Assembly: GCF_009914755.1 (NCBI RefSeq)
Contig: NC_060942.1
Reading direction: 5' to 3' (one strand)
DNA length: 64,000 bases
From: the human T2T-CHM13v2.0 reference genome, Homo sapiens
Under the pieces are notes generated by a model that had not been told where the DNA came from, made no database searches, and worked only from the letters and a program-made list of their open reading frames with translations. The position numbers and the translations under genes were made by a program. Shown here in pieces: positions 40,982-55,111 of this stretch; within the stretch, counting starts at the first letter, position 1; the number at the start of each line of letters is the position of its first letter.

Positions 40982-41945
40982 CAGGGATTCTTCACTCTTT
41001 TGTGCTCCAAAGGGCTTGGGCAGGCTAGTGAGTCCAATTGAACCCCTTTTGATAATAATATTTTAAAGACATAAAATAAAACACAAAAGTTGGTAAGTGT
41101 ATTAGTCCATTTCACACTGCTAAAAGGAATATTCAAAACTGGGTAATGTACAAAAGGAAGAGGTTTAATTGACTCACAGTTCCATCTGAGTGGGGAGGCC
41201 TCAGGAAACTTACGATCATGACAGAAGGTGAGGAAGAAGCAAGTACCTTCTTCACAAGGTAGCAGGAAAGAGAGAGAGAGAGAGTTTCTTCACAAGGTAG
41301 CAGGAAAGAGAGAGAGAGAGAGAAGGAGGAACTACCAAACACTATAAAACCATCAGATCTCATGAGAACTCACTCAGTATCATGAGAACAGGATGGGGGA
41401 ATCTTCCCCCATGATCCAATCACCTCCCACCAGGTCCCACCCTCGACACCTGGGGATTATGGGGATTACAATTTGAGATGAGATTTGGGTGGGAACACAG
41501 AGCCAGACCCTGTCAGTAACTAAACTCAATTATGTTAAATACAGTTACTCAAATAATAGAAAAAAATATGTATGTGTATGTGTACACACCTATATATATG
41601 ATACACACACACACACAATATGTTGGGGCTTCTTCATCAACACATTCAATAATCAGATCTAAAGGCAGGTCCAATAGCTGCAATAATTTTGAAGTCATGG
41701 TAAGATGAAACGATATTTAGGTATATCTTGCAACAGTTGGAATATGATAGGAAAATATGATTTCTATTGATGGCAAAGTCACATATACTATTAAAATTAC
41801 TGTTGTTTTTTGGCTAATTTTTTAATTGAAGAGCATACTAAATTTTAGTTGGAAGTTAGTAAAAATAAATATGTCATTTTTTCCCCAAGTGTGTCCCTGA
41901 ATTATATTCATGAATTGTTTGGGGTCTGCAGACCACAGATAATTA
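40982..41945. mobile_element. Charlie4a (hAT) interrupted by THE1D
   Basis: cagggattctt...; gatttctattgatggcaaagtcaca...ctaaattttagttggaagttagtaaaaataaa.atgt. Confidence 0.75.
41098..41515 (-). mobile_element. THE1D solo LTR
   Basis: tgtattagtcc...ggaggcctcaggaaacttac...ggggattatggggattacaatttgagatgagatttgggtggg. TSD gtaag / gtaac. Confidence 0.92.
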
Positions 41946-42236
41946 GGTCTAACTGCAAATTTACTGGAAATACAGGGGATAGCAGAACATGTTAAATGAT
42001 ACCCTGATTATTTAATTTATCAAAATCCAAGCTGTGGGAAACTATGACGGGCAAATAATCTGGTTTCTTCAACAAATACATCGTAAGGGAAAACTACTAA
42101 TGGATACAAAAGCTTAGAGATTAAAAGAGACTTAGTGAAATACAACCAGTTGTAATCTAAGAACATTATTAAGATCTTGATACAAGCAAACACACTGTAA
42201 AAGATTACAAAACAATTGATAATATTTAAACACTAA

Positions 42237-42560
<324 letters not shown>

Positions 42561-42771
42561 TTAATTTTGTTAGTTTTTAAAAATTGTGATAGTGGTATTT
42601 TAAAAGTGTTATTACATTTTAAAGACACATACTGAAATATGTAAAGATGAAATTACATAATGTCGGAGAACAGGGATAGGGTTCTAATTTTTTTATGTTG
42701 TTCTTTTTTTGTGTGTGTTTTGCAAATTTCCCATACCGATTGAGTAGTCTTTTATGATCATAAAAATGATT

Positions 42772-42866
42772 ATATATATTAAAGCCTGTGTGTATATGTG
42801 TGTGTGTATATATATGTATATGATATATATATGTATATGATATATATGTATATGATATATATATGA
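42772..42866. repeat. (TA)/(TG)-rich simple repeat
   Basis: tatatatgtatatga-type units. Confidence 0.9.
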
Positions 42867-42953
42867 TCTTAGTTCATGCCTTTGAGATGTATATGTATGT
42901 GTATGTATATATACACATACATATACATCTCAAAGGCATGAACTAAGGTCATA
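42862..42953. repeat. 92-bp near-perfect palindrome
   Basis: Symmetric about 42907/42908 with only two mismatched pairs. Confidence 0.96.
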
Positions 42954-43653
42954 ACAATATATAATTTAAACTTTTGGTAACCTCCAGACATGCAACTAAA
43001 TGTAGCAGGGAGAAGTGAGGGAACTCTTGAGAGAGAACTTAACCTAGTGGAAGATGGAATCAGAAAAAAAGCCTGGCTCTTGGAGAGATAAGGTTTCCAT
43101 GTGGAGACAGCATGAATGTTGTGACTCAGATTTGTATTTGTCTGTGGTCCAACTCAGTATGGATCCATGTCTGAGTCCTGTGGGATGGAAGGTGATTAAG
43201 GAGAGTGGAAGTAAGATGAGGTGTAGTTAGGTGGACTGAAAATTCCAGAGAACATGGCACCTGCCATTTTGGACCCTCAAAGATGCCAGTGCTTCTACAG
43301 CATTGGAATCTGTAAGGAAACTTGAGGGAGATAGCTGCAGGCTGTGAACTCTGGAGGATGCACTGTGAAAATTGTGAGAGATGGGCAATGAGAAATCAAG
43401 AGGAAGCCCCCATGTAGTAGCCAAGAAAACTTGTCTATGAGCATATGCAAGATCTTGTCTGGGTGAGAACTTTGCAACAATGAGAGGTTTTGTAATTGAA
43501 GGTGAGTGTGATGAGAGGTCTATAGATAAGATCTCATGGCAGATGAGAGGACTTGTGTGTGCTTTAATGCTCTTATGACATATAGATTGTAACTTTCAAT
43601 GCTGTAATTAATCTGCAAACTTATTGAATTACATAGAAAGTAGAAAATCCCTT

Positions 43654-44006
43654 TGTTTAAATCAGCTGGGTCTGCCATAACAAAATTCCACAGACTGAGT
43701 AACTTAACAGAAATTTATTTCTCATAGCTCTGGAGGTGGAGAAGTCCAAGTGTCGGCCAACTTGGTTTTGGGTGAGGGCTTTCTTCCTAGCTTGTAGACA
43801 GCTGCCTTCTTGCTGCGTCTTCACATTTCAGTAAGAGAGAGCTCTGATGTTCATTCCTCTTCTTACAAGGAACCAGCCCTGTGGGATTGGGGTTCTACCA
43901 TTATGACCTCATTTAACTGCAATTACCTCCTAAAGGATTATCTCCAAATACAGTTACATTAGGGGTTAGGGCTTTAACATGGGAAGAGATACAATTCAGT
44001 CCAAGT
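43654..44006 (-). mobile_element. MLT1A-like solo LTR
   Basis: tgccataacaaaattccacagactg...atgacctcatttaac...atctccaaatacagttacatt.ggggttagggctttaacat. Confidence 0.85.
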
Positions 44007-44083
44007 ACCCTTCAAGAGCTCAGCATACAGCAAGTGAATAATAAGTGCAAATGGTAAATTTTTACTTATTCATGGCAAAGTCA

Positions 44084-44435
<352 letters not shown>

Positions 44436-45990
44436 GTATGACAAGAAACAGAGGCTTAGAGAAACTCAGTTATAAGGAGGAATCCTTGAAATAGGGGATG
44501 GAGAAAAACTGCATAGAACAACATGAGTTCTAATCCCAAATAGCCTGCCTAATGCCTCCTAAAAACTCTGGAGAGAAATTTGGGTTCTGGGTGGGTTATG
44601 ATACATAAAAGGGAAAAATTTCTAAATTTAAAAATATCATTAGCAGCCACAAAATCAACAACTCCATCACCTCAAAGGCATCCTTGCTAAAACAAGCTAA
44701 GATCCTTATGCAAAATATTACCAATTGCCTGTAAGTAAATAATCAGTCCTCTACATGGCAGAGGTGTGATTTCTCTGAAATAATAGACTCTCCTCTGGAA
44801 GTGGTCAGGAGCAGGATCACTGGGAATAGAGGCCCACGTCATAGAACTAGATGGGTACTTGGTGACTTTCTGCCCAGCAATGGAGCTTCTGCTTCTTCTG
44901 TTGGTTTCTTCTGGGGTTGAAATCACTGGCTGCTTAGAGGGCAAAGTAGAGACTGGGATAGATTGGGCTGGGGAGGGGAGTAACAAAGGTATGAGAAGCA
45001 GGACAGAGATACATGATGCTCTATATCCAGAAACAGTAGCACTCATATCACAGCATATTAAAGTGTTAAATGGACCTAGTTTAACAAGTATTTATGGAGT
45101 GCTTCCCTTATGCCAAGCCCTGTTCTAGGCTCCAGGGATGTAGTGATGAGCAATACAGCCAAAAATTCTCATCCTTCTGGTGCTTACCTTCTAGACTACT
45201 TCTTTACTGTTTAGTTATAATGTTGCTACCAAGTCTTGGAAATATGCTAGAACTCAACCCAATTACCCATGAGGCTCACCTGAGGACTGCAATTGCTTCT
45301 TTGGTGACATAATCACAAAAGTGTGACAAAATACTAAATTAGGATTAAAATGCTCCAGAACTTAAAGTTGGCCCCATAGCAAATAGCTGACTTTTTTGGC
45401 TCCAACCTCGTAAGTCAAGCATCAGTCATCATTAGCCACATTCACTTTGTAAACTTGTCAGTTTCCAATTTATACACGTGCAAAACCAACATTCTCATAG
45501 GCATAGGTTGTGTGCATTTTGTTTGTTTGTTAACCTTGCCTACATTGGGAAGGGGTCAAGCTGATCATTTTCCAACCTGTTTACATACACTCCTGTGCTG
45601 GGATGCAACATGCCAAGTCCCATCCAGTATCAGATGCTCACAAAGCCCCCTGGGAATCCAGAGTCCTGTGTTTATAACAGGAAGCATTGACCGCAAATAC
45701 ACTGAAGTCACACTACAAACATCCTCAGAGCTGTGCTCAGGGTTCTTGTTAGAGCTTTTGTATAAAGGAGAATGCCTTATAATTATCTCCTTTACTTCCA
45801 GAAATAATCATGAGGCCCAAAACACTTCCTGAATGAAAGAGAACCTGCATTGAATTTTGTTCTGTGGTGAATGGTATGGTTGCAGTATATTAGGATCTGG
45901 CAGAAATTGCAGAATTTATTGCCTATTTTTGTTTTGCTGCTTAATGGGATGTTTTGCACATAATAGGTTGAGTCAAAGAATCCATAAATA

Positions 45991-46637
45991 TAGTAGATTC
46001 TTATTATTCATGATAGTTATAAAGTCCAAGTCATTGGTCTTTGCTCTTGGGGAAATACAGGGTCATTCTCTCAGGGGAAATACAGGGTTAGATTCCTGCA
46101 AGCTACTGTTTACAACATTTTTGTCCACCAGTCAATACATAACGTTGTTTCATGTGTGTTTCTGTTTAAAGACACCTTATTTAATATATGTTGTTGATTC
46201 ATTAATATTGAACACATGGCCAAAATCATTATAACTCATTCCTAAATGATGCTTATCTAACACATATTTTCTTCATTAGGTACATCCCAGCCTTCTTGCA
46301 CATAGAAACACTACACAGCACTTCAGCTGTATGTTTGGGGGCCATTTTAAACAGCAAAATCATCAACAGGAAGCAGAAAATTGTAAAAATTGTGGCACTA
46401 AATAGACCATGTAAAGGACACATGTTTGCAATAAGAAAGCTGAAACAAGAAGGGGGAGTGTCACCTTATTTGATCCAGCTAGAAACGTGAGTGTGAGAAT
46501 TCAAATTTTTCACTGCTCTGACCATGTTCATGAGTAATTGCAAAAGTACCTCCAGTATTGATTTTGGGATTAGAAATAAATTTTAGCAAGTAGGCAAATC
46601 CCCAAATAGGAAATCCCTGATTCATGAGGATCAGCTG
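45991..46637. mobile_element. MER82 (TcMar-Tigger)
   Basis: TIRs agtagattcttattattc and tcatgaggatcagctg. Internal ggggaaatacagggtta...tgtgtgtttctgtttaaagacaccttatttaatata. Confidence 0.85.
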
Positions 46638-48578
46638 CCTGTAAATGTAGGTGACTTATACCTCACAACACTTAAGGGCAAGGAATGGCACACGTGGAGT
46701 TTCTAGTCCTTATTAAATTAAATTTGCTCTGAGCACCCACGTATCTGACTAGTGAAACTAGTTTCATTAACCCTTTAAAAAGATATTGATTTTGTGTGTG
46801 TGCTGGGAGAAAAATTGAGGGACATTTCCTTCCTTAGAGTCACCATTATTTCTGTTGTCCCTTTAGTCAGGTGCTGGTATTCCAGCAACACTCAGGCGGC
46901 TGCTCCAGGAGGCTGCAGAGGGGTCCTTTTTAGCCGTCAACAAAACTGGCTATGGTCACGCCCATTGGGAAACTCATTGCTGCCTTCAAGGTCAGTGCTG
47001 TGCATGTGTCCAGTGTCTCCCTCCCAGCACCCCACAGCAGTTCCTCACTGGAGCGTGGCCCACAATGTGGCCCATTGCTGGAAAGTCTATGGCTTCTCTG
47101 TGCTGGAGGAATTCTAAGGAATCTCTGTCTTTCTGGTGGATCCAGTTGTTCCTACGTCTTCACCCCCAAATCGCCAAAGTTCTGCCTCTCCTTACCCAAC
47201 TTAATGACACTCAAAGTCCGAAGGAGAGTGGGATGAGGAGGATAAAGTCATGAAAGGAAGTTTCCATTTCCCCTACAGACATGGGAGTAAGGACAACTTG
47301 AACATTTAGAGATACAGTGCTAACTTCTACCCAGAATGGGAGTAGGGAAAGAAAATGCTTATGCCAATTACTTTTCTTCTTGATAACTCATCCTGGTGTA
47401 ATTAATGAATGTTAGAAATTGCTTATTTTTAACTTGGTAAAATGTTTCCATGTTTGAGCTCTTAGGTGGAAGTTAAAGTCATCACAGTTCTTTCATGAAA
47501 GGAGAAAACTTCTACATAGAAGATGAGAAGCTTCTTTGGGGCAGAGACTATAGTTAGTATTTCTTTAGCACTGTTCATAATGTTAGGATAGGAATAAGCA
47601 GAGGTGGTATGCAATAGATGCATTTATCAACACCCAAATACTCTCTAAAGTATCTTCTCGTTTATGTGATGCATCCCAGAAAAATGACATGACCATAACA
47701 TTTTTGAGAATTGTATCATATAAGATGGGGAATTGGCTATTCAGATGAAGAATGAATGATTTAATCAGTAATCTTTCATTATTTCTATCTTTTATTAGTT
47801 TAAATTTCATTATATGTCCTCTACTTTTAATATAAACTATTAAAATGATGAGCAAGTCAGGGAATATTTTCAGATCTGAGAGAAAACTAGTAACAATTAC
47901 TCTGATCATTGAATTATTCACATGGTCTAATTTTATGTTTTTGGAACACGTCGCTCAAACTATGATCTTCAGTTTTGTCTTCTGAGAGATAAGAATAATA
48001 ATACCTACTCAAAGGGCAGTTGTGATGATAGATCAGCTATTATACATGAAATTTCATGATAAATTACAAAATAGTATCTAAATATAAAGAGTTGCTGTGA
48101 ATGTTATTCTTCCCTCCTTTAATTCTTTCTTTTAGTTTTATTTTATACTAGACAAATTTCCTGCATGGTCTGTCTCCTCTGTCATTGTCCACAGGACTCA
48201 GAAGCTGTAGGAATATTCAGGCACAGACACCAGACCCAGCTTCATCTCTAACTTGTGGCAAAGGACAGTACATCCTGGGATGGGACCCTATGCTCCCCTA
48301 TGCCATTTAGACAGAGCCTGGGGAGAGTGACTTCCCAGGGTATCCATGTTGGAATCTCTCATTTGATTCTTATTCAAATGTAAGTCATTCTCCGAGGCCC
48401 ATATAAAGTCAACCTCATCCTTGAAGCTTTGGGTTTTATTTCTTTAATGTGCTTTGTGTATACATTAATACTTAAAATTGAAATCTGGACAAAAGAAACT
48501 GTGTCTCTCGTAATGTAGTGATTCACATATAATAGGTTCTTGGTACTTACTGAATGACGAATGATTGAATCAATTAGC

Positions 48579-48612
48579 AGATGGATGGATGGATGGACGG
48601 ATGGATAGATAT
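48579..48612. repeat. (GGAT)n tetranucleotide repeat at an L2 tail
   Basis: atggatggatggatggacggatggatagat. Confidence 0.85.
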
Positions 48613-49241
48613 GTTGTCATCATTCTGTTCATCCAGCTGTCTCAGCATGGCTAAAATTTACCTGCATGTCAGGAGCCTGATATTTCCCTTTTCTTCACTA
48701 TCCAAATGAAATGGCTCAAGCCTCTACCCATGTCCTCCACACTCTTCCTGAAACCTTTGAGCATTCCCAAGGGAAGGCTGTTGTTCTCCAGGGTCAGTCA
48801 TTGGGCAGCCTGCCCTAAATTATCTATCTCAGCTCCCATAACCAACATCCTCTTTCTACACTACTTTGACCCAGACTTAAGCACTGCTCTACTCTCTCCC
48901 AACACTCAACACATCTCTGGGCAGATCTTAACTAAAGCTTTAAAGATAGAAGTGAATGGTTTCAGCACAGCTCAGAATAGGAAACATTGACAACTGAATA
49001 TTAATCACCACTACTCTTAAAAGCCCCTCAGTTATCCACTCCACCTGGATGTCTGCATGGCTGTCTTTTCTTTCTAGGCTTCTTGCCAGCCTCTTGCCAA
49101 GTTGCTCAGCCCTCTCCAACCACCAGTGAGGCATCAGTGACCAGTTCCCAAAGTCCAGTTAACTTTTTATGTAGTGCAGCTTAGCTCTCTCTCTCTCTCT
49201 TTTTTCATCCTATCTTTTAAGATAGCAGGGGCATCGTTTAC

Positions 49242-49270
49242 AAAAAAAAAAAAAAAAAAAAAAAAAAAAA
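49242..49270. repeat. Poly(A)29
   Basis: Uninterrupted A run. Confidence 0.95.
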
Positions 49271-51904
49271 GCATATCAGAATATTTTCCTAAACAAAAAG
49301 CTATCTCCTCTGAGATCAATATTTTCACTTCTCTGCCAGGCAAAAGTAATGGAAAGTCAGTGTTTTGTTTGAAATAGTAAATATTTCCTGAATTTGTCAT
49401 TTTTAAAGTTTTTTTCACTTGAGATTTCCAGAATCATGGAAGTTAAACTTATCTCCTCAGTAGCCTTCTCTCTGGTAATAGAATACCCTCAGGACTATTC
49501 ATTCCATCTACTTCCAGAAGCCATCACCAAAAATTAACTTCTCACCTTCTCGGAATGCCACATTTTAATGAACATTAACAATGGCATAACGTTTGTTCCG
49601 TCTTAAACATATTCAGTAACTTATTAATGCATACCGGACACTTGAGTGCAGACTTTTTTTCACATCATAAACATTGATTATAAGAAAAGCTTGAATTATC
49701 ACCAAACTTTGAGCTTACCAGTTAGTCTCCATCTGTTATTGTTATTTAGGCTTTAGGACAAGAAGTTCAGCAATGTATATGTTGGGTCTACCAAGTCTTC
49801 AATCTTAAACTGCTTATTTTTTCCTCATTTTCTGCTTTCTAGATGATCCAGCTCCTCCATTGTCTTTCATGTGAAGTTTTGTCTTGTAACTAATCCCACA
49901 GCCCTTTTTCCTTGAAATTGAATGCCCTATCTGCCTATATGCAGTTACTACCATTCTACTCCAGATTTTACAATGCCTCTGCTATGTGATATCCTGGCTC
50001 CACAAACAAATTATACAATTTTTATTGGTGGGAGGCAAGTCTCACATTTATTTATGAATCCATCCTGGTGCCTACCCCTGTGCTAAGCACCATAGAAAAT
50101 ACTCAGCAAACACTGTTGAACATTTAAATAAAATAAAGAATTGCTAAAAGTCTTTTTACCATGTAAGAGTTCAATATAGAAGCTTAAAGCAGGAAGAAAC
50201 TTAGACCTCCCTCTTATGCCAAGTAGAGAATTTGATTAACTTGGTCATTAGTCAATGAATATTGAGCTCTATTGGCAAACAGCTGTCTGTTAAGCACTAT
50301 GGGAGACACATATGGTAGATAAAGCAAGTTCTTGCTCTCATGAAAGTTAAGATTTCTATTAAACATTTTCCTTTTGCTTCATTGAAAAGACATTTAATTT
50401 GTCATACATTTATAAGATATGGGTCAGGAAACACCAACACATTTAAACTCAGGTAACTATATGGTAAACAAAGGTGGAAAAAAGAGGTAGCTTCCATTGA
50501 AACATCTAATAATTACTAGCTCTTTCAAGGCTAAAAACAGTTTGTCTCCATGAAGTCACTTTAATCTAGTCCAATTGTTAGACAAAAACATTTTACAATG
50601 CAGACATTTTTGGAAGGCAATTGACCATGTATAAAAAAAATCTGTATTTTTCAAGCAAGATAGTGGAGTGTTAAATTTTCTGTTGAGGTCAGCTCTCCAG
50701 CAGTGTATTTGATGATTTCATTGACATCCTGCTGCAGTTTCTTTTAAGGACTGGTAATTTGAAGTTTTTGGTTTCTCTTTTTAAATTTTCATCACTTCTG
50801 TTAGAGACAAAAATATGGGTTCCCCTTACAAGTGATTGTTTAAAAATGTGAAAGTCAAACAAACAATTAGTGTCCTACCAGATTGTCAATACTAATGGTT
50901 ATGAGAATTGGAATGGTGACCCCAGGACAAGCAGTCTTTTTGGAAACATTTGCAGTGATGGCCTGGAAAATGTGAGGTTAAGAGAATATGAGAGGTAATC
51001 TTCTATGGCAGGAGAGCCTGCTTGGAATCTTCCTAAAAAAATAAGCAAAATCAAAGGCCAATCCTGTAAAATTTCCAAAACCCTTCACTGGAGTGGAATA
51101 TTGCAATCATAAAGAAAGTCGCAATAGAGAAAAAAAACAAACAAACATAAAGCATCAAATCTTATCCAACTTTTTGACAGCTAATCACAGCCATGTTAAA
51201 TGTTACTGGGACTAAGAGCTTGAATGGTGTCATTAATGTTTTGGCCTATGAAATGTTGGCAGATAATTTATGTATTTCATGTGTAATGAAGCAAACCATC
51301 ATACCACCCTACCTAAGGACGTTCTTCTATGAAATCACCTAAGAATTAGATGCAGACGACGCCAAGGCTTTCTGGATACTGGCAGAATCAAGTTTTTTTC
51401 TATGCAATGTCTGTCCTCCCAGTCTTGCCCCACAGTAAACACTTCAGCCTCACTTAGGTATAAGCCAGTCAGGGTTAATCCAACTATCCCAAGGAGGGCA
51501 CAGTAAAAAAATGCCTCATTTGCCAACTTCTGCCCTCATTTGGTTTATTTTGAGCACTTCATTAAAAATAAAATGTATTATCACCTCTTCATTTATCTTC
51601 CCTATCCAGAAGGTTTGGCTGAAAGATTGATCTGATTCCAGATACTAAGGAAGTATCACTTTGCAGCCAATCACTCTGGGTTTTCTGGTATCCTAACCCA
51701 ATGCTTTTAATAGAGATGTGTTTTCCAATGCAGACTCTCCAAATGCTATTTCCTACCAGTGTGCAGAGAGAGGCAATGCTGACAATATTTCTACTCATCT
51801 TTTAAGTTACTGGAAGGTGATTCTATAGCATATGGCTGTTAAGTTTAACAAAAGTAGGGGGAGGAGGAGAAAGGCCTGGCCATGAACATTCAGGAAGCTG
51901 GACC

Positions 51905-51919
51905 AGCGCCACCTGAAGG
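51905..51919 (-). promoter_or_regulatory. Candidate CTCF motif
   Basis: Reverse complement CCTTCAGGTGGCGCT versus consensus CCASYAGRKGGCRS (2 mismatches), in non-repeat, locally GC-richer DNA. Confidence 0.45.
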
Positions 51920-54399
51920 AGCCAGGAGGCCAGGAGGCCGGATGTGCACAGATCCCTGGGAGGAAAAAGAAGCCAGAACAGCTTAAATGGTCAAAGAATC
52001 AAATGTAAAGTGAGCTGCAAGGGTCAGATCTGGATGGAAGCCCAAATTCTGAGTCTCCGCATCCGTCCGGGGATAAACTTGGCTCCCAATCAGGGCTGAC
52101 AATTAGGCCGTACAGTTAATATTTTTACAGCTGTTTTATTAATAACACATACAGTGCATCCAGCCAGGATTTGTTGGAGACACCTCAGGAAAACGAATGA
52201 TGTAAATAACAGATGGATGTAGAATATCCCTACAAACAGGCATAAAGATATTCCCTTCTTGTTTAAAAAGAATTTAAATAGACAGATTGTAGATAAACAG
52301 GCAGACAGAAAGGGGGAGAGAGAGGATTTATGATATTTGAGGTGGTGGTTGCATGCGTTCACATGGCGAAAGACATGGACGTAAACATATACACTCTCTA
52401 CATGGGAGGAGATGCTCAAAGCTTTGGCTTCTGGAAAAAAAAAATGTTTCATAGTGCAAGGGCTGAGCACCACAGCCTGGGGGCCCACAGAAGCAGGTAT
52501 GCTGATGTGGCTCCTCAAATAGCTCCTCTGATACGTGGTTCAAGTCCGGAGACAACTTGCATGGCTTGTCCAGGCATGCCTGAGCCCAGCCTTGACCCCC
52601 AGGCTGTCCTGGGGCATCCTTTCCTCTTTCTCCTTGTCAATATGCCATTTGAAGACCCAGTGCACTCTTTTCAATTTTGCATCAGAACTAGGAGCAGTGG
52701 TATTTCAATCTGAAAAGAGAAATTAAAAATTCAGGATCTTCATGTCTTTTGTTTTCACTCCTACTATTTTTTTTTTTTGTACTGCTTTTTCATGTGCCTG
52801 CTGCACTGTGCTCCTACCATACTTTGCAACCAGATGGCTCAGGAACGAAGAACAAAGGCCACTAAAAAGTGGGCGGGGAGAAAAGGAGAAAGAAGCAGAG
52901 GACTGAAAGTCAAGGCGAAATCAGAGATGGGAGCAAAGCTCAATTGCTTTAATCACTGATACATTTTGGTTGAATTATGAACCTAGAACAGACACTCTTC
53001 CCAGTGATCCTGTATGTGTGCTGTGTGTGCATTGTGGTGTGTGTGCCTGTACCACACGCAGCCACATCTCCAGTCTTTTATTTCACTGGTAGGCATTAAA
53101 GCCAGAATGTATTCTTTGATGTATCTCTGTGTTCCCTGACATGTGTCAAAAGTGGCATGAGATGTCTTTTTCCAGAGAGAGAATGGTTGAGCTCAGATCT
53201 GGGCACTGAGAATGAGCCCATCTGCCTGGGAAGAAAGTGTGGTTGATTCAGAAGGGCTCAGGAGTTGTATGACCTGCCATTTCACAGTGGGTGACCTCGG
53301 TCGAGTCACATCCCTTCTCTCCTTAGTTTCCTCCTCCAGAAATATCTACCCCAAGGGATGCTGGGAGTGTTAAATAGAATAACATGTTATAAACTGGGAA
53401 GCACTGTATGAAAAGATTGTGATTATTCTGGAGTATTGCAACTTCTTGCAAAATTTTACAAGTGGCTAAGAGTTGTCTTCGATGCTTTTCTGTGACCCTC
53501 CCGACTGTATTTCATGCTTTACTTAGACCCCCAACCAAGCTTGTCTCTCCAGATCATGCTGTACACTGTGAATCTTACCCATGGTTCCCAATTGAACTTA
53601 CTGTTTGTGTATCATTGGAATTTTATTCAATTATAGAATGACCTAATTGTCATTTAGGCGATTAATTATTTTGCTCGTGAACCATAGAAAGGTTTAATTT
53701 TTAATCAGGAATTTCTGCAGACCCAAAGCCTTCAAGCAAAAGGAATGACTATCTAATGGTGAAATTTCACATAGATCAATGGGACTCAATAACTTTAGAA
53801 AGAAAATATTCGTTTTACTTCTAGTCAAGAATACACACAGAAGCCTATTCTGACTCCTGATAAAGTTAAGCCAGCATCCATGCATTAAAGGGGGTATGAG
53901 CTAAGAAAGAAGAAAGACTTCATGTGGGGTTCATGAGCGCTTCTGCTGAAACCTTACTTGTACCTTTACATCCTCCAATTGAGCTGAAATTTTCTTCTCA
54001 CTGCAGTGTGCATAGCTACACTCTTCTTTTCAGCCTCAGACAGTGTGGGGATACTTGTGAAAATGACACTGCTTGATATTTTCATTTTAAATGAAGCCAC
54101 GTGTACAGATTATGCCTTCTCTGATACTCGTGAGGACTCTGGAAGACACTGAGGGAAATTTGATTTACAGATGAGTAAAATGAAATGCAAAGAGATAAAA
54201 CGACCCCCTTATCTCCCCGGGCTAGGCAGGCTTTTGAAATGCACAATGCACCTTCCCCTAGTCAAGAGGAAGAGAAATGATTGGTCATCCTCCTTCACAT
54301 GGAAATTCAGGCAAAAGACCTGCGCCCATCTGTACCAGAGGCCCAGTTACTAACTGATGCTCACAATCTCACGTGTTTGGCAGCAAATCATAAGAAAAA

Positions 54400-54635
54400 T
54401 TAAAGACTTGGGAGTCAGCCTGTAAGTTTCAAATCTTGGCTCTCCTGCTAACTCTATGTTCTGAACCTCTCCAAGATTGCTTAATTTCCTCAGTCTTTGT
54501 AAAACAGCATCATGATTACCTAACACATAGGGTTGTTGGGAGTGTTCAATGAGATGATGCATGGAAAGCAATTGACACGGTGCCTGGAAACGTAGTAAGT
54601 GCTAAAAAATGTTACATGAGAGTATTATCATTATG
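54400..54635 (+). mobile_element. MIR
   Basis: gacttgggagtcagcc...cttaatttcctcagtctttgtaaaac...cacggtgcctggaaacgtagtaagtgct. Confidence 0.85.
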
Positions 54636-54701
54636 GCTCAGTGAGCAGGTCCCTTCTATCTTTGGGAATCATAGAATATTAGAGCTGGACAGAAACTTAA
54701 G

Positions 54702-55111
54702 AGGGGTGTTTTTTAAGCCTCTTGACCAAAATCTTTATTAAGAAAAACACTTTATTGTATAACCTAGTACAGAAAAATATATTACTTGCCAGCAAAATGG
54801 AAAGTTAATGTTTTTCAGAAATTGTTAAAAACTGGGGCTTGTTTGTGATTGCTTCCGGCATTTACCTCTTTATATTTTTTTCATTTTTAAAAGTTAATAA
54901 GCATGTTATAGAGGAACAAAACAATTTCAATACACACACGTATTGAAACAGAAATTTCCTAAAACAAGGCCTATTTTCGCTACTTGTAATACACTCTGAT
55001 ATTTTCTCTTTGGTTGGATTCTGTTTTGTTTTCTTCTAAAATATTGGTATGACCCACTAAATTGTCTTTAAAACCTCTTAATGAGTCACTGCTAATGGTT
55101 TGACAAAGCAT
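54702..55111. mobile_element. hAT-Charlie-type remnant inside a minus-strand MIR
   Basis: Terminus tgacccactaaattg...taatgagtcact...gtttgacaaagcatt. Confidence 0.5.

Noticed and set aside
52090-52726. ORFs of 142 aa (-) and 127 aa (+) in unique DNA
   Set aside because: No recognisable domain, low-information composition, non-ATG start for the minus ORF, and no convincing flanking splice pair.
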